From contig JAJYPS010000001.1 of the NCBI GenBank assembly GCA_021795215.1, positions 728 to 64,727 on the forward strand: a stretch of DNA of 64,000 nt, read 5' to 3'. The notes below the pieces were generated by a model, which worked only from the letters and a program-made list of their open reading frames with translations, did no database searches and was not told the DNA's origin. Both the position numbers and the translations under genes were made by a program. Of this stretch, positions 9,323-18,320 are shown in pieces (the stretch's first letter is position 1; every line of letters starts with the position of its first letter). Source of the stretch: Actinomycetes bacterium (GTDB lineage: Bacteria > Actinomycetota > Acidimicrobiia > Acidimicrobiales > JAKAOS01).

Positions 9323-10007
9323 CCAGCGGATCGAAGCACTTCCGGTCGACGACGGCCCCCGTCCGGGCGGGTTCGTCCCGCCAGGACTTCGGTTCGGCTC
9401 GTTCGTGGCACTTATGGGCATCGCCGGCGGGTGGGTCGCGGCACTGGCTTTTCTACCTGGACTGACGAGCCGCATGCTGCCGTGGATCGTCGGCAGAGCG
9501 CTCGGGATCGCTGCCTACACGGACTTGGTGCTGTTGGTAGCGGTAGGGACCTGGTTCCGTCACCCTTGGCGCCTACGCCACACTGTCCTGCACCCCCAGA
9601 CGCAGCTGCGACTTCACGCCGGCCTTTCCGCCGGTGCGATCGCCTTGGTCGCCGGCCACGTCGCGGCGCTCGTGGCAGACTCGTACGCGAAGGTCGGCCT
9701 GCTCGGCGCGTTCGTCCCCGGCGCTTCCGGTTACCGGCCCCTCGCCGTGGCGGTGGGTGTCGTGGCCCTTTACGCCGGGTTGGCCGTAGGGCTCGGCGCT
9801 GCACTCTCCGGTAGGACCGGGTGGGGCTGGCTCGGTGTTCATCGCCTCGGAGCGGCGGTCCTGGCGTTCGCCTGGCTTCACGGGGTGCTGGCCGGGACGG
9901 ACACGATCGCTCTGCGCTGGTTCTACGTGCTGACCGGGGCACTGCTGACAGCGCTGGTCGCCTCCCGGCATGCCGCCGTGCCGCCCCAGGAGAAGCTCCG
10001 CCAGTGA
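9309..10007 (+). CDS. ferric-reductase-like (MsrQ/YedZ-like) transmembrane protein, putative di-haem b
   Basis: About 6 hydrophobic helices carry paired His residues (RLHAGLSAGAIALVAGHVAAL; GVHRLGAAVLAFAWLHGVLAG). It overlaps the apbE 3' end and is coupled to the next gene by GTGA. Confidence 0.55.
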   Translation: MRSVSQRIEALPVDDGPRPGGFVPPGLRFGSFVALMGIAGGWVAALAFLPGLTSRMLPWIVGRALGIAAYTDLVLLVAVGTWFRHPWRLRHTVLHPQTQLRLHAGLSAGAIALVAGHVAALVADSYAKVGLLGAFVPGASGYRPLAVAVGVVALYAGLAVGLGAALSGRTGWGWLGVHRLGAAVLAFAWLHGVLAGTDTIALRWFYVLTGALLTALVASRHAAVPPQEKLRQ

Positions 10008-11377
10008 GCGGGCCACCTCGGCTGATCGCACGCGAGGCCAGAGCTCGACCGGCTGCGGACGGCGCATCCCGTCGGAGACCGCTGCTCGAGCCCTGCGACA
10101 CGGCGCGAAGCGGGGGGCAGCTGCCCCGGCTGCTGGCTGGTCCCCCCGCCCACGGCGGGGCCGAGACGTTCGAACAGCATCTCGCCCGCCTGGGGCACCT
10201 GCCTCGGAGATGCCCCGAGGACATCGTGGAGATGGTCCATCAGGCGGGGCTGCGGGGACGAGGAGGGTCCGGGTTCCCGGTGGGACGTAAGATGGCCGCC
10301 GTTGCCGATCGAGGCGGCGATCCACTGGTCGTGGTCAACGCGGCCGAGAGCGAACCTGCCAGCATGAAGGACAGGCTGCTCCTCCGGCTGAGGCCCCAGC
10401 TCCTTCTCGACGGCGCAGCCGTCGCTGCGGCTGCCACCGGTGCCGGCCAGGCCGTCATCTATCTCCACTCCGGCGACGACGTTCTCGCATCGGCGCTCGA
10501 GACGGCGTTGCTGGAGAGGACCTCGACCCCCTTCGACGACCCGACCTTTCGCGTCGCCTACGGCCCGCCGAAGTTCGTCGCCGGCGAGTCCAGCGCCATT
10601 GTCTCGTTCCTCGAAGGCGGCCTCGCCAAGCCCCGCCATGCGCATCGCAGCTCCACCTCCGGCGTGGACGGCAGACCGACTCTCATCCAGAACGCCGAGA
10701 CCGCCGCGCACCTGGCTCTCATAGGGAGAGGGGGGCCGGACTGGTTCCGGCAGGCCGGCACCAGCCGGTGGCCCGGCTCCGTCCTCGTCACGCTGACCGG
10801 CGCAGTCGCCTCACCGGGTCAGGTCCTCGAGCTGTCCGGCCCGCGACCGACCTCCGACCTGCTCACAGATGCGGGCAGGCTGGATCGCCCGCCTCAGGCG
10901 GTCCTCCTGGGAGGCTACGGCGGTGCATGGGTGGAGGGCGAACGGGCCTGGGACGTTCCCATCTATCCCGACATGCTCGCCGACCGGCATCTCCCTTTTG
11001 GTTGTGGCCTCCTGGCCGTCCTGCCACACGGGCACTGTGGCATCGCCGAGACGGCACGCCTGCTGACCTACTTGGCCGACGAGAGCGCGCAGCAGTGCGG
11101 AGCGTGCATGTTCGGGCTTCCCAGGCTCGCCGAGACGATGCAGCGGCTCGCTGCCGGACAGGCAAGCCGAGCGGAGCTCCGGCGGTTCACCCGCCGGAGC
11201 GATTCCATAGTTGGACGTGGCGCCTGCGGTCACCCCGACGGAGCGGTCGCCATGGCGGCGAGCGCACTGGACACCTTCGCCGGAGACGTGGCGCTGCACC
11301 TGACCGGCAGGCCCTGTCCTCCCCACGCCCGCCGCGGGCTGTTCCCGATCCCCAGCCACTGCCCTACCTGGCGATGA
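10004..11377 (+). CDS. NuoF-like (complex I 51-kDa family) NAD(P)H/FMN/4Fe-4S protein
   Basis: GLRGRGGSGFPVGRKM (FMN/NADH site), AAESEPASMKDR and C-terminal ESAQQCGACMFG...GRGACGHPDG (N3-type cluster cysteines). The GTG start overlaps the upstream stop (GTGA). The track ORF 9821 start was judged too long. Confidence 0.8.
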   Translation: MSGPPRLIAREARARPAADGASRRRPLLEPCDTARSGGQLPRLLAGPPAHGGAETFEQHLARLGHLPRRCPEDIVEMVHQAGLRGRGGSGFPVGRKMAAVADRGGDPLVVVNAAESEPASMKDRLLLRLRPQLLLDGAAVAAAATGAGQAVIYLHSGDDVLASALETALLERTSTPFDDPTFRVAYGPPKFVAGESSAIVSFLEGGLAKPRHAHRSSTSGVDGRPTLIQNAETAAHLALIGRGGPDWFRQAGTSRWPGSVLVTLTGAVASPGQVLELSGPRPTSDLLTDAGRLDRPPQAVLLGGYGGAWVEGERAWDVPIYPDMLADRHLPFGCGLLAVLPHGHCGIAETARLLTYLADESAQQCGACMFGLPRLAETMQRLAAGQASRAELRRFTRRSDSIVGRGACGHPDGAVAMAASALDTFAGDVALHLTGRPCPPHARRGLFPIPSHCPTWR

Positions 11378-11646
11378 CGGACCACCTCCGCAACCCGTCG
11401 CAGGGCACCGTCGTGCTGGACCCCTCCAAGTGCCGCGGGCATGGCATCTGCTCACTCGCCAGCAGGGGTCTGATCGGGCTCGACGAGTGGGGATTCGCCG
11501 AGCTGAACCGACTTCCGGTCGAAGGGAGGTCGATGCGCCTCGCACGGGCAGCTGTGCTCGCGTGTCCTGCCAAGGCATTGGCTCTGGAACTTCTCCCCGA
11601 GCCTCTCCTGATCCCCGGCGCCCAGCCTGAGCCACCCCTCTTTTGA
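11374..11646 (+). CDS. small ferredoxin (single 4Fe-4S-type)
   Basis: ATGA overlap with the NuoF-like gene. VVLDPSKCRGHGICSLASRGLIGLDEWGFAE...ACPAKAL resembles actinobacterial single-cluster ferredoxins. Confidence 0.7.
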   Translation: MTDHLRNPSQGTVVLDPSKCRGHGICSLASRGLIGLDEWGFAELNRLPVEGRSMRLARAAVLACPAKALALELLPEPLLIPGAQPEPPLF

Positions 11647-11694
11647 CCCGGCCCGGCTAAATAGTGCGAGGATTAGTGCCGATGACTAAAGGGT

Positions 11695-13314
11695 ATGAAC
11701 TCTAGCTTTCGGTACATCGCGGTCCGGCTGGCTCGTCTCCGGGGTGCCGGTGCCCGCGATCTGCCGCAGCAGGCCAAGCAGCCGTTCCGGAGGATGGCAG
11801 CCGCACTGGCGGTACTGGCAGCCGGCCTGGCGGGAGCAGTCGCTCCGGCGCAGTCGGCGTCGGCTGCCCAACCTCAGGCCACCGGCTACTGGGTGGTGAG
11901 CAGTCGGGGCAGCGTGCTCCCCGTCGGCGGCATCCCCAACCTGTCGCCGAGCTTCTCCGTCGCACCGAGCACTCCGGCAGTGGCCATCGCGTCCACGCCG
12001 GACGGAGCTGGCTACTGGATCGTCACCGCGGCGGGAAACGTGTTCAATTTCGGCGATGCCGGATGGTTCGGTTCGCCCGCTGCGAGAGGTGGCCTCAACG
12101 GCACGGTGACCGGACTGACGCCGACGCCCGACGGACACGGCTACTGGATCGTCACCGCGGCGGGAAACGTGTTCAATTTCGGCGACGCCGGATGGTGGGG
12201 CTCCCCGGCAGCAGAGTCGGTGCATCTTCCGCCGGTCGTAGGAATCGCATCGGCCGCCGGGGGCACCGGGTACTACGTGCTGACCCAAGCCGGCAACGTG
12301 ATCACCTTCGGCAACGCCCCCTGGTATGGATCGCCTGCCTCGCTGAGTCCCGGTCGTATCGTCGCCATCTCGGCCGACCCCGCAACGGGCGGCTACTGGG
12401 TGGCCTCGTCCACGGGTGGCATCTTCTCTTACCACAGCCCTTTCCACGGCTCTCTGGGCGCCTCCACCATTCCGGCGCCGATCACGGGCATGCAGGCGAT
12501 CCAGGATGGCAGTGGCTACCGGCTCGTCGGTAGCGACGGCAGCGTGTACGACTTCGGGTCTGCCACCTATTTCGGGTCGGCCGTCGGCAAGAGCCTCGGC
12601 GGCCCGATAGTCGGAATAGCCCCCTCCACCGAACTGGGAGCGACCATCCGCTACCCGGCAGGCGCCAACGGCTTCGACGTGTCTTGGCCACAGTGCGGCG
12701 GCCCCCTTCCGGGAGGCCCTCACACCATCGCCATCGTCGGCGTCAACAACGGCCTCACCTACACGCTCAACAACTGCCTCGGATCCGAAGCGGCCTGGGC
12801 CGGAACAGGCCTGAACCTGTACATCAACCTGAACCAGCCCGCGTGGGCAAACGTGGTCGTCGGTGAGCATGGACCCGCCGGCAACTGCAGCCTCTCGGAT
12901 GCGCAGTGCCTGTCCTACAACTTCGGCTACAACGCGGCTACGTGGTCGGTGCAGCAGGCCGCCAACCAGCACATACACGCTCCGATGTGGTGGCTGGACG
13001 TCGAGCTCGTATCTTCGGAGCCCAGTTACTGGTCGTCGAACCAAGCGGCCAACGCTCAGGTCATCCAAGGCGCGATCGACGCTCTGCACGCCCAAGGCCT
13101 GCTTGCCGGCATCTACTCCACGTACAGCCAGTGGACTGCGATCAGCGGCAACTTCCACCCCAACGTACCGGTCTGGTATCCGACCGGGTACAACCTGACC
13201 GGTCCCGGCAGCACCAACCCCAGCTGGTGGTGCGCCAACGCGAACAGCTTCGCAGGACAGGTGTGGCTGATCCAGGGAGCCTCTGGCGCCTACGACGGCA
13301 ACTACTCCTGCTGA
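11695..13314 (+). CDS. secreted protein: six ~43-aa GYW-x-V-(x7)-FG repeats plus a C-terminal GH25/DUF1906-like glycoside-hydrolase-like domain
   Basis: Signal-like N-terminus (FRRMAAALAVLAAGLAGAVAPAQSASA). Repeats are of the form GYWIVTAAGNVFNFGDAGWFGSPA. The C-terminal domain starts GANGFDVSWPQCGG. Confidence 0.8.
   Translation: MNSSFRYIAVRLARLRGAGARDLPQQAKQPFRRMAAALAVLAAGLAGAVAPAQSASAAQPQATGYWVVSSRGSVLPVGGIPNLSPSFSVAPSTPAVAIASTPDGAGYWIVTAAGNVFNFGDAGWFGSPAARGGLNGTVTGLTPTPDGHGYWIVTAAGNVFNFGDAGWWGSPAAESVHLPPVVGIASAAGGTGYYVLTQAGNVITFGNAPWYGSPASLSPGRIVAISADPATGGYWVASSTGGIFSYHSPFHGSLGASTIPAPITGMQAIQDGSGYRLVGSDGSVYDFGSATYFGSAVGKSLGGPIVGIAPSTELGATIRYPAGANGFDVSWPQCGGPLPGGPHTIAIVGVNNGLTYTLNNCLGSEAAWAGTGLNLYINLNQPAWANVVVGEHGPAGNCSLSDAQCLSYNFGYNAATWSVQQAANQHIHAPMWWLDVELVSSEPSYWSSNQAANAQVIQGAIDALHAQGLLAGIYSTYSQWTAISGNFHPNVPVWYPTGYNLTGPGSTNPSWWCANANSFAGQVWLIQGASGAYDGNYSC
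12001..12197 (+). repeat. near-identical 129-bp-offset internal duplication inside the repeat-protein gene
   Basis: 12010-12056 is identical to 12139-12185 (47 nt). After one mismatch the identity continues for about 12 nt. Confidence 0.9.
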
Positions 13315-13488
13315 GTGCCCACGGCGCTGCGACGCCGCTGTCAGTCGCCGTCCGGCCCGGGGCTCGGCGGCACGTTTGCCATCCTGGCGTCGGGGAGGAC
13401 ACACGTCGCCGGGCGTGTCGCTTGGGACGAACCTCCCGGTGCTCCGCCTCGGCCCCCGACCAGACCGCAGCGGTATCCGCTGGGTTAG

Positions 13489-14178
13489 CTACATGGCCTC
13501 CTTGATGCCCTTGCGGATGAGCCAGACGTTGACCGGCCAGGCGGTGAAGAAGCCGATGATCATTCCGACCTGCATCAGGAACCAGAACGCAGCATGGTCC
13601 GGGTGGATGTGGTTCGGGGACAGTACGAACTGCATGAACGCCATCCAGCCGAACAGCCCCACCTCGAACGCGGTGAGTGACAGCACGTCAGCCTTGGCCG
13701 CCTCGATCAGGCCCTCACGCACCCCCAGGCCGCGCATGGGTGCGATCGCGAAATACTGGAAGACGATCCCGAAGCTGACCGCAAGGACGTAGTCGCCGAT
13801 CAACTCCGGTATCAGCGAAAGACCGAGGATGGTAGCGCCGAGGCCGAACACGGCCCACTCCGCGCACAGGTCTCCCAGGGTGCAACCAGCGCCGCAGTGG
13901 CTCACCCCGGTGGCGATCGTCGACCAGCCCGCCCGCTCCGGCGGCTCCTCGTAGCCGTGTTCGGCCCGCCAGGCAGGACTCTTCGGCCACCCGAAGCGCC
14001 GGTACCCCCACACGGCAGCAGGCCCGAAATAGAGAGCGGTGATCGGCCAGACCGCTTCCATGACTCCCATCTGCTGGCGGTGACCCCGCAACCACAGGTC
14101 GGCGGCGATCCACCCTGCGCACAGGAGTGCCGAGGCGATCGCCGCCCAACTGAGGATCGTCAACCAGGCGGGAGGCAT
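13489..14178 (-). CDS. DUF4396-like integral membrane protein
   Basis: GVSHCGAGCTLGDL and multiple hydrophobic helices. It is a complete 229-aa ORF. Confidence 0.7.
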   Translation of the reverse strand: MPPAWLTILSWAAIASALLCAGWIAADLWLRGHRQQMGVMEAVWPITALYFGPAAVWGYRRFGWPKSPAWRAEHGYEEPPERAGWSTIATGVSHCGAGCTLGDLCAEWAVFGLGATILGLSLIPELIGDYVLAVSFGIVFQYFAIAPMRGLGVREGLIEAAKADVLSLTAFEVGLFGWMAFMQFVLSPNHIHPDHAAFWFLMQVGMIIGFFTAWPVNVWLIRKGIKEAM

Positions 14179-14282
14179 CGCAGGGAGTTACCCCCCGGGA
14201 GTGGCGGCGACACCGGCGGGCGCGCTCCGAGATCGCAGGGAGGCCGAGAGCGCTGTGGCAAGTCAGAGGACTCCCCCGGACG

Positions 14283-15437
14283 TCAACCGACCTCTCGGAA
14301 ACCTGCCGGCTTGGACAGCAGGTCGCCCATCCTGCGCACGTCGTTTCGTAGATCCTTACCGCTGGCGAAGTCCCGGCCCGCCTGCTGGAGGCGGGCCATG
14401 AGGGTGGCATCGGTCATCAACCGCCGCACGGTGGCCGCCAGACCGTCGGCCCCCCTGCAACTGACCGCCAGACCCATCCCCTCCATCACTGCCGTGGCCG
14501 CCCTGCCGTGCCCGGCGAGCGGCTCGAAGGCGATCACCGGACGCTCGGTACGCAACGCCTCCAGCACGGTCACTCCCGCCCCGTTTGTCACCACCACGTC
14601 CGCCGCCGCCATCAGCTCCGCCATCGTGTCGACGTAACCGAGCACGGTCAACCGCTCCGGGTCCACTCCCAGAGAGCTCAGGCGCTGACGGACCTCCTCG
14701 TTGCGGCCGCAAACGGTGACGATCTGCAGTTCCCCCGGCAGGTCGACCAAGGCGCGCACGGCCTCCTCCTGGGACCCGAGACCCCACGCCCCACCGGTTA
14801 CGAGCAGAACGAACGCATCCTGTCTCAGCCCCATCGTCTGCCGACCCTCGGCTTTCCCGAACTCGCCGAAGCAGCGCCGGACCGGCGGAGCACCGATGAC
14901 CATGTGTCCCTCGAGCCCGCGGGTCTTGGCATCCCGGATGGCCGTGGGGTACATCACGAAGTGCAGGTCGACGTGCGAATAGGCCCAGTAGGGATGGATG
15001 TGGAACGCTGGCGTGAACGTGACCGTGGGCGTGGTCATCCCTCGGGCGGTCCTCATCCACTCCAGCGCCGCGGACCCGAAAGGATAGGTCGAGATGATAA
15101 GGTCAGGCTCTCTTGAGGCCACCAAGCGCTCTATACGCCGTCCGAAGAACCGGCAGGTCGCCTTCTTCAGCGGATCGGCAAACCAGCTGTACCTGCAGAG
15201 GGCGTCGTAGAACGCCTCGTAGAGCCACGGAGTCCAGCGCATGGTGGACGCGTACGCCCAACGGGTCGCCAAGCCGAACCGGCGACCCCTCGCTTCGACC
15301 GTGTCGAGGCGTTCGACGCGACACTCGGGCCACAGCTCGTGAATCGCTTCCGTGAGAGCGGCGGCGGCGGCGTTGTGACCCTCCCCCATGTCTGCCGAGA
15401 GCACCAGGATGCTTTCGGGAACTCCTCTGATCACCAT
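14283..15437 (-). CDS. GT28-type glycosyltransferase (MGDG-synthase / processive diacylglycerol glycosyltransferase-like)
   Basis: ILVLSADMGEGHNAAAAAL at the N-terminus, then VTGGAWGLG and VVVTNGAGVTVLEAL. Start at ATG 15437 (alternative at 15455). The 643-aa track ORF is over-extended. Confidence 0.8.
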   Translation of the reverse strand: MVIRGVPESILVLSADMGEGHNAAAAALTEAIHELWPECRVERLDTVEARGRRFGLATRWAYASTMRWTPWLYEAFYDALCRYSWFADPLKKATCRFFGRRIERLVASREPDLIISTYPFGSAALEWMRTARGMTTPTVTFTPAFHIHPYWAYSHVDLHFVMYPTAIRDAKTRGLEGHMVIGAPPVRRCFGEFGKAEGRQTMGLRQDAFVLLVTGGAWGLGSQEEAVRALVDLPGELQIVTVCGRNEEVRQRLSSLGVDPERLTVLGYVDTMAELMAAADVVVTNGAGVTVLEALRTERPVIAFEPLAGHGRAATAVMEGMGLAVSCRGADGLAATVRRLMTDATLMARLQQAGRDFASGKDLRNDVRRMGDLLSKPAGFREVG

Positions 15438-15485
15438 GGCGCGCGTCCTCCCCATCTCTCTCCACTCGACGCCGCACCATAGAGC

Positions 15486-16352
15486 ATGTTGAGCGCAGGA
15501 CTCATACTCGCCCTCGTCGCCGGACTGGCCAACAGCGGTGCTGCCGCGCTGCAGAAGCGCGAAGGCATGCTGCTGGGACTCGGTGTACGGGGATTTCGTC
15601 TCCTTGCAGCACTCGTTCGCCGTCCGTGGTGGCTGCTGTCGATGGCCTTGAGCGTACTCGGGTGGGTGGGGCAGGCGACGAGCCTCGCACTGGCCCCCAT
15701 AGTGGCGGTAGCGCCGCTGATGGGCCTGGGGCGGGCGGGCCTGGTCGTCATCGGCGTCCGATGGTTGGGCGAGCGGTTCGGGCGGGCGGAGCTCATCGGC
15801 GTGGCCCTCACGGTCGCAGGTGCCGCCGGCGCGGCGCTCAGCGCCACCGGAGCCGCTTCTCGTGCACCCCTGCCGCTCGGCACGCTCGTCGCACTCGGCG
15901 TCCTGGCCGCCATCGGCGCCGGCTTGATAGCGAGGCGCAAAACCGGTTTGTCCTTCGGCATAGCCAGGGGACTGCTCCATGCCGCGACAGGCGTCTACAC
16001 CAAAGAGCTGGGCGACGTCTTCGTCCGTCACGGCCTGGTCGGGCTGATGTCCCTGGACGCCCTTCCAAGCGCCGCCGGCATCGTCTGTCTGTCGGTAGTA
16101 GCCCAGGTCTACGCTCAGCACGGGCTGCGCCGGGCGAACGCTGCGTCGGTGTCCGCAGCCAGCGCGGTCATCACTCTGAACGGCCTCGTAGTCGCCGGTT
16201 TCCTGCTCTACCACGAAGCCGTCCCCACCGGTCTGGACGGTATAGCGCTTCTCCTCTCACTGATCGCGGCCGGCGTCGGCACTGGTCTACTTGCCGCTCG
16301 TGCAGGGCTCGTCCGGGAGGAGTTGGCGGAGAACGCTTCCGTGGACTCCTGA
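15486..16352 (+). CDS. polytopic membrane protein (DMT/EamA- or NIPA-like)
   Basis: About 9 hydrophobic helices. It is divergent from the GT28 gene with a 48-bp spacer. No diagnostic motif was recognised. Confidence 0.6.
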   Translation: MLSAGLILALVAGLANSGAAALQKREGMLLGLGVRGFRLLAALVRRPWWLLSMALSVLGWVGQATSLALAPIVAVAPLMGLGRAGLVVIGVRWLGERFGRAELIGVALTVAGAAGAALSATGAASRAPLPLGTLVALGVLAAIGAGLIARRKTGLSFGIARGLLHAATGVYTKELGDVFVRHGLVGLMSLDALPSAAGIVCLSVVAQVYAQHGLRRANAASVSAASAVITLNGLVVAGFLLYHEAVPTGLDGIALLLSLIAAGVGTGLLAARAGLVREELAENASVDS

Positions 16353-16462
16353 CCGCTCCTCCTCAGCGGTGGCCGACGAGGAACGGCGGCTCCTCGCCGG
16401 ACCTGCGCCTCCAACCGCTCCTGCTCCGTATCCCCAGCCGGTCCCGGAGCACTGCCGCCTGC

Positions 16463-16507
16463 TCAGTTGGTTGCAGGTCAGTTGGTTGCGGGTCAGTTGG
16501 CGGAAGG
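16463..16507. repeat. 15-bp tandem repeat x3 overlapping the yqgE-like stop codon
   Basis: tcagttggttgcagg / tcagttggttgcggg / tcagttggcggaagg. Confidence 0.9.
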
Positions 16508-17011
16508 GTCATCGGGAAACGCCGACAGAAGCGCCGCGTCCCCGTGCTGACGACGGAGCACGCTGCGCCAGAGCCTCTCCGGATGCCTGGAGAAGGCGTC
16601 GCCGGGTTCCGCGTCCACGACTATCCAGGCGCCGACCGACACTTCCATCTCGAGCTGTCCTGGTCCCCATCCTGCATAGCCGGAGAACAGGCGCACCGCG
16701 TCCGCAACCCCCTCGACCGGTCCGGCGGCCAAGTCGACCGTGGCGACCTGGTTTCCCGTCCTCGCGATGCCGATGGTCGCGGCAGGTTCGACCGGCCCCC
16801 CTCGGAAGACGACCCGAGGTTCCGAAGTCGCCTGCTCCCACTTCGGCAGTGCTGCTGCCACCGGCATCTCGCCGGGTCTGTCGAGGACTACCCCCAAGGA
16901 GCCCTCCGGCGAGTGCGAGAGGGTCAACACCACCGTACGGGCAAAGTTCGGGTCGCTCATGAGGGGGCCGGCGACCAACAGCCGTCCCTCGAGAGAGCTG
17001 CCGGCCACCAT
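16493..17011 (-). CDS. YqgE/AlgH family protein (UPF0301)
   Basis: GRLLVAGPLMSDPNFARTVVLTLSHSPEGSLGVVLDRP and GYAGWGPGQLE are family signatures. Confidence 0.85.
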   Translation of the reverse strand: MVAGSSLEGRLLVAGPLMSDPNFARTVVLTLSHSPEGSLGVVLDRPGEMPVAAALPKWEQATSEPRVVFRGGPVEPAATIGIARTGNQVATVDLAAGPVEGVADAVRLFSGYAGWGPGQLEMEVSVGAWIVVDAEPGDAFSRHPERLWRSVLRRQHGDAALLSAFPDDPSAN

Positions 17012-17053
17012 CCGGGCGTCCCCTTGGACCCGGCTCGCTACTGCCGCCGCCTG

Positions 17054-18274
17054 CTACACCAGACCCTTCAACATTAGGTTCCAGTACATGAAGGGAAGCC
17101 CGTAGCGCTTGAGCAGCCACATATCGTAACGCTCCTTCTTCGTATCGATCACCGGGATGGTCGGGTGGGGCTTCATCGTGTAGTCGAACTCAGCCAGCAG
17201 CATCTTGTTCCGCGCCGTCGTGAGCGGACAGGATGCATACCCGTCGTAGCTCGCGTCACCTGTCCGTCCGTTCATGTGCGCTGTCAGGTTGGCCACCAGT
17301 ACCGGCGCCTGCTTCCGTATCGCGGCGCCGGTCTTGGAGTTCGGAGAGCTGCCCGCGTCGCCCAGAGCGAAGACGTCGGGGTACGTCACGTGCTGCAGCG
17401 TGTTCTTGTCGACCTCCACGTAACCGGTCGGCTTGGACGGATCGGACAGGGCCGACTGCTTGAGCCAGTCCGGGGCGCTCTGCGGCGGAACCGCATGAAG
17501 CATGTCGTAACCGAGTCGTGTCTTCACGTCGCTGCCGCTGCTTCGGTCGACGAGCACCACTTCCCTGGACGAGGGGTCCACTTCCAGCATCTCGTGCTGA
17601 AAACGGACGTCGATCCCGTAACGCTCCACCACCTGGTCCAGCACCGCCGAGAACTCCGGCACACCGAACATCGTCGGGGTGGGCAGGACCAACACCACGT
17701 GGATGTTCTTCAACACATCCTTCCGCTCCCAGTAGTGGGCCGACAAGTACGCGGCCTTCTGTGGGGCACCCGCACACTTGATCGGTCCGGAGGGCATGGT
17801 GAACACGGCAGTGCCGCCGCGGAGCGAACGAACCAGCTCCCAAGTGAAAGGCGCGGTCTCGTAGCTGTAGTTGCTCGAGACGCGGTCCCGGCCGAGTGCT
17901 TCAGGAAGGCCGCCAACCTTGTCCCAGTCCAGTTGGATGCCCGGGCACACCACCAGGTAGTCGTAGCCGACAGTGGTACCCGACTTGGTCGAGATGGTCT
18001 TCTCCACCGGGTCGATCGCGGTAGCTGCGTCCTGGATCCACCGCACGCCTCTCGGCATGACGTCGGCCTCCCGCTTCATCGACTCCTCGACCGGAGCCCT
18101 CCCGCCTCCCGCCAGCGTCCACAGCGGCTGGTAGTAGTGCACCCCCGACGGTTCCAGAACTGCCACGTCGTCCTCCCCCGCCCGGCGGAGCCGAGAGGCG
18201 ACGCTCACTCCTGCGGTACCGCCCCCGACTATGACGATACGGTGGTGCAGTCCTCTCCCAGAGGCCATGGCCAT
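17054..18274 (-). CDS. sqr: sulfide:quinone oxidoreductase, type II (SQOR-like)
   Basis: IVIVGGGTAGVSVA FAD fold, KCAGAPQK and YDGYASCPLTT...LLAEFDY, as in type II SQR. Confidence 0.85.
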   Translation of the reverse strand: MAMASGRGLHHRIVIVGGGTAGVSVASRLRRAGEDDVAVLEPSGVHYYQPLWTLAGGGRAPVEESMKREADVMPRGVRWIQDAATAIDPVEKTISTKSGTTVGYDYLVVCPGIQLDWDKVGGLPEALGRDRVSSNYSYETAPFTWELVRSLRGGTAVFTMPSGPIKCAGAPQKAAYLSAHYWERKDVLKNIHVVLVLPTPTMFGVPEFSAVLDQVVERYGIDVRFQHEMLEVDPSSREVVLVDRSSGSDVKTRLGYDMLHAVPPQSAPDWLKQSALSDPSKPTGYVEVDKNTLQHVTYPDVFALGDAGSSPNSKTGAAIRKQAPVLVANLTAHMNGRTGDASYDGYASCPLTTARNKMLLAEFDYTMKPHPTIPVIDTKKERYDMWLLKRYGLPFMYWNLMLKGLV

Positions 18275-18320
18275 CTCCTTCCGGACAGTCCGAGCGACGA
18301 GCGGACAGACCCGCGTCGCA

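Noticed and set aside
9690-9720. A third 'GASG' (FVPGASGYRP) in a loop of the MsrQ-like protein as another flavinylation site
   Set aside because: The residue preceding it is Pro, not Ser/Thr, so it does not fit the [S/T]GA[S/T] motif. It is most likely coincidental in Gly/Ala-rich sequence.
11686-13404. 572-aa ORF antisense to the secreted repeat protein
   Set aside because: The sense strand has periodic repeats, a signal peptide and a hydrolase-like domain. The antisense translation is low-complexity and Arg-rich.
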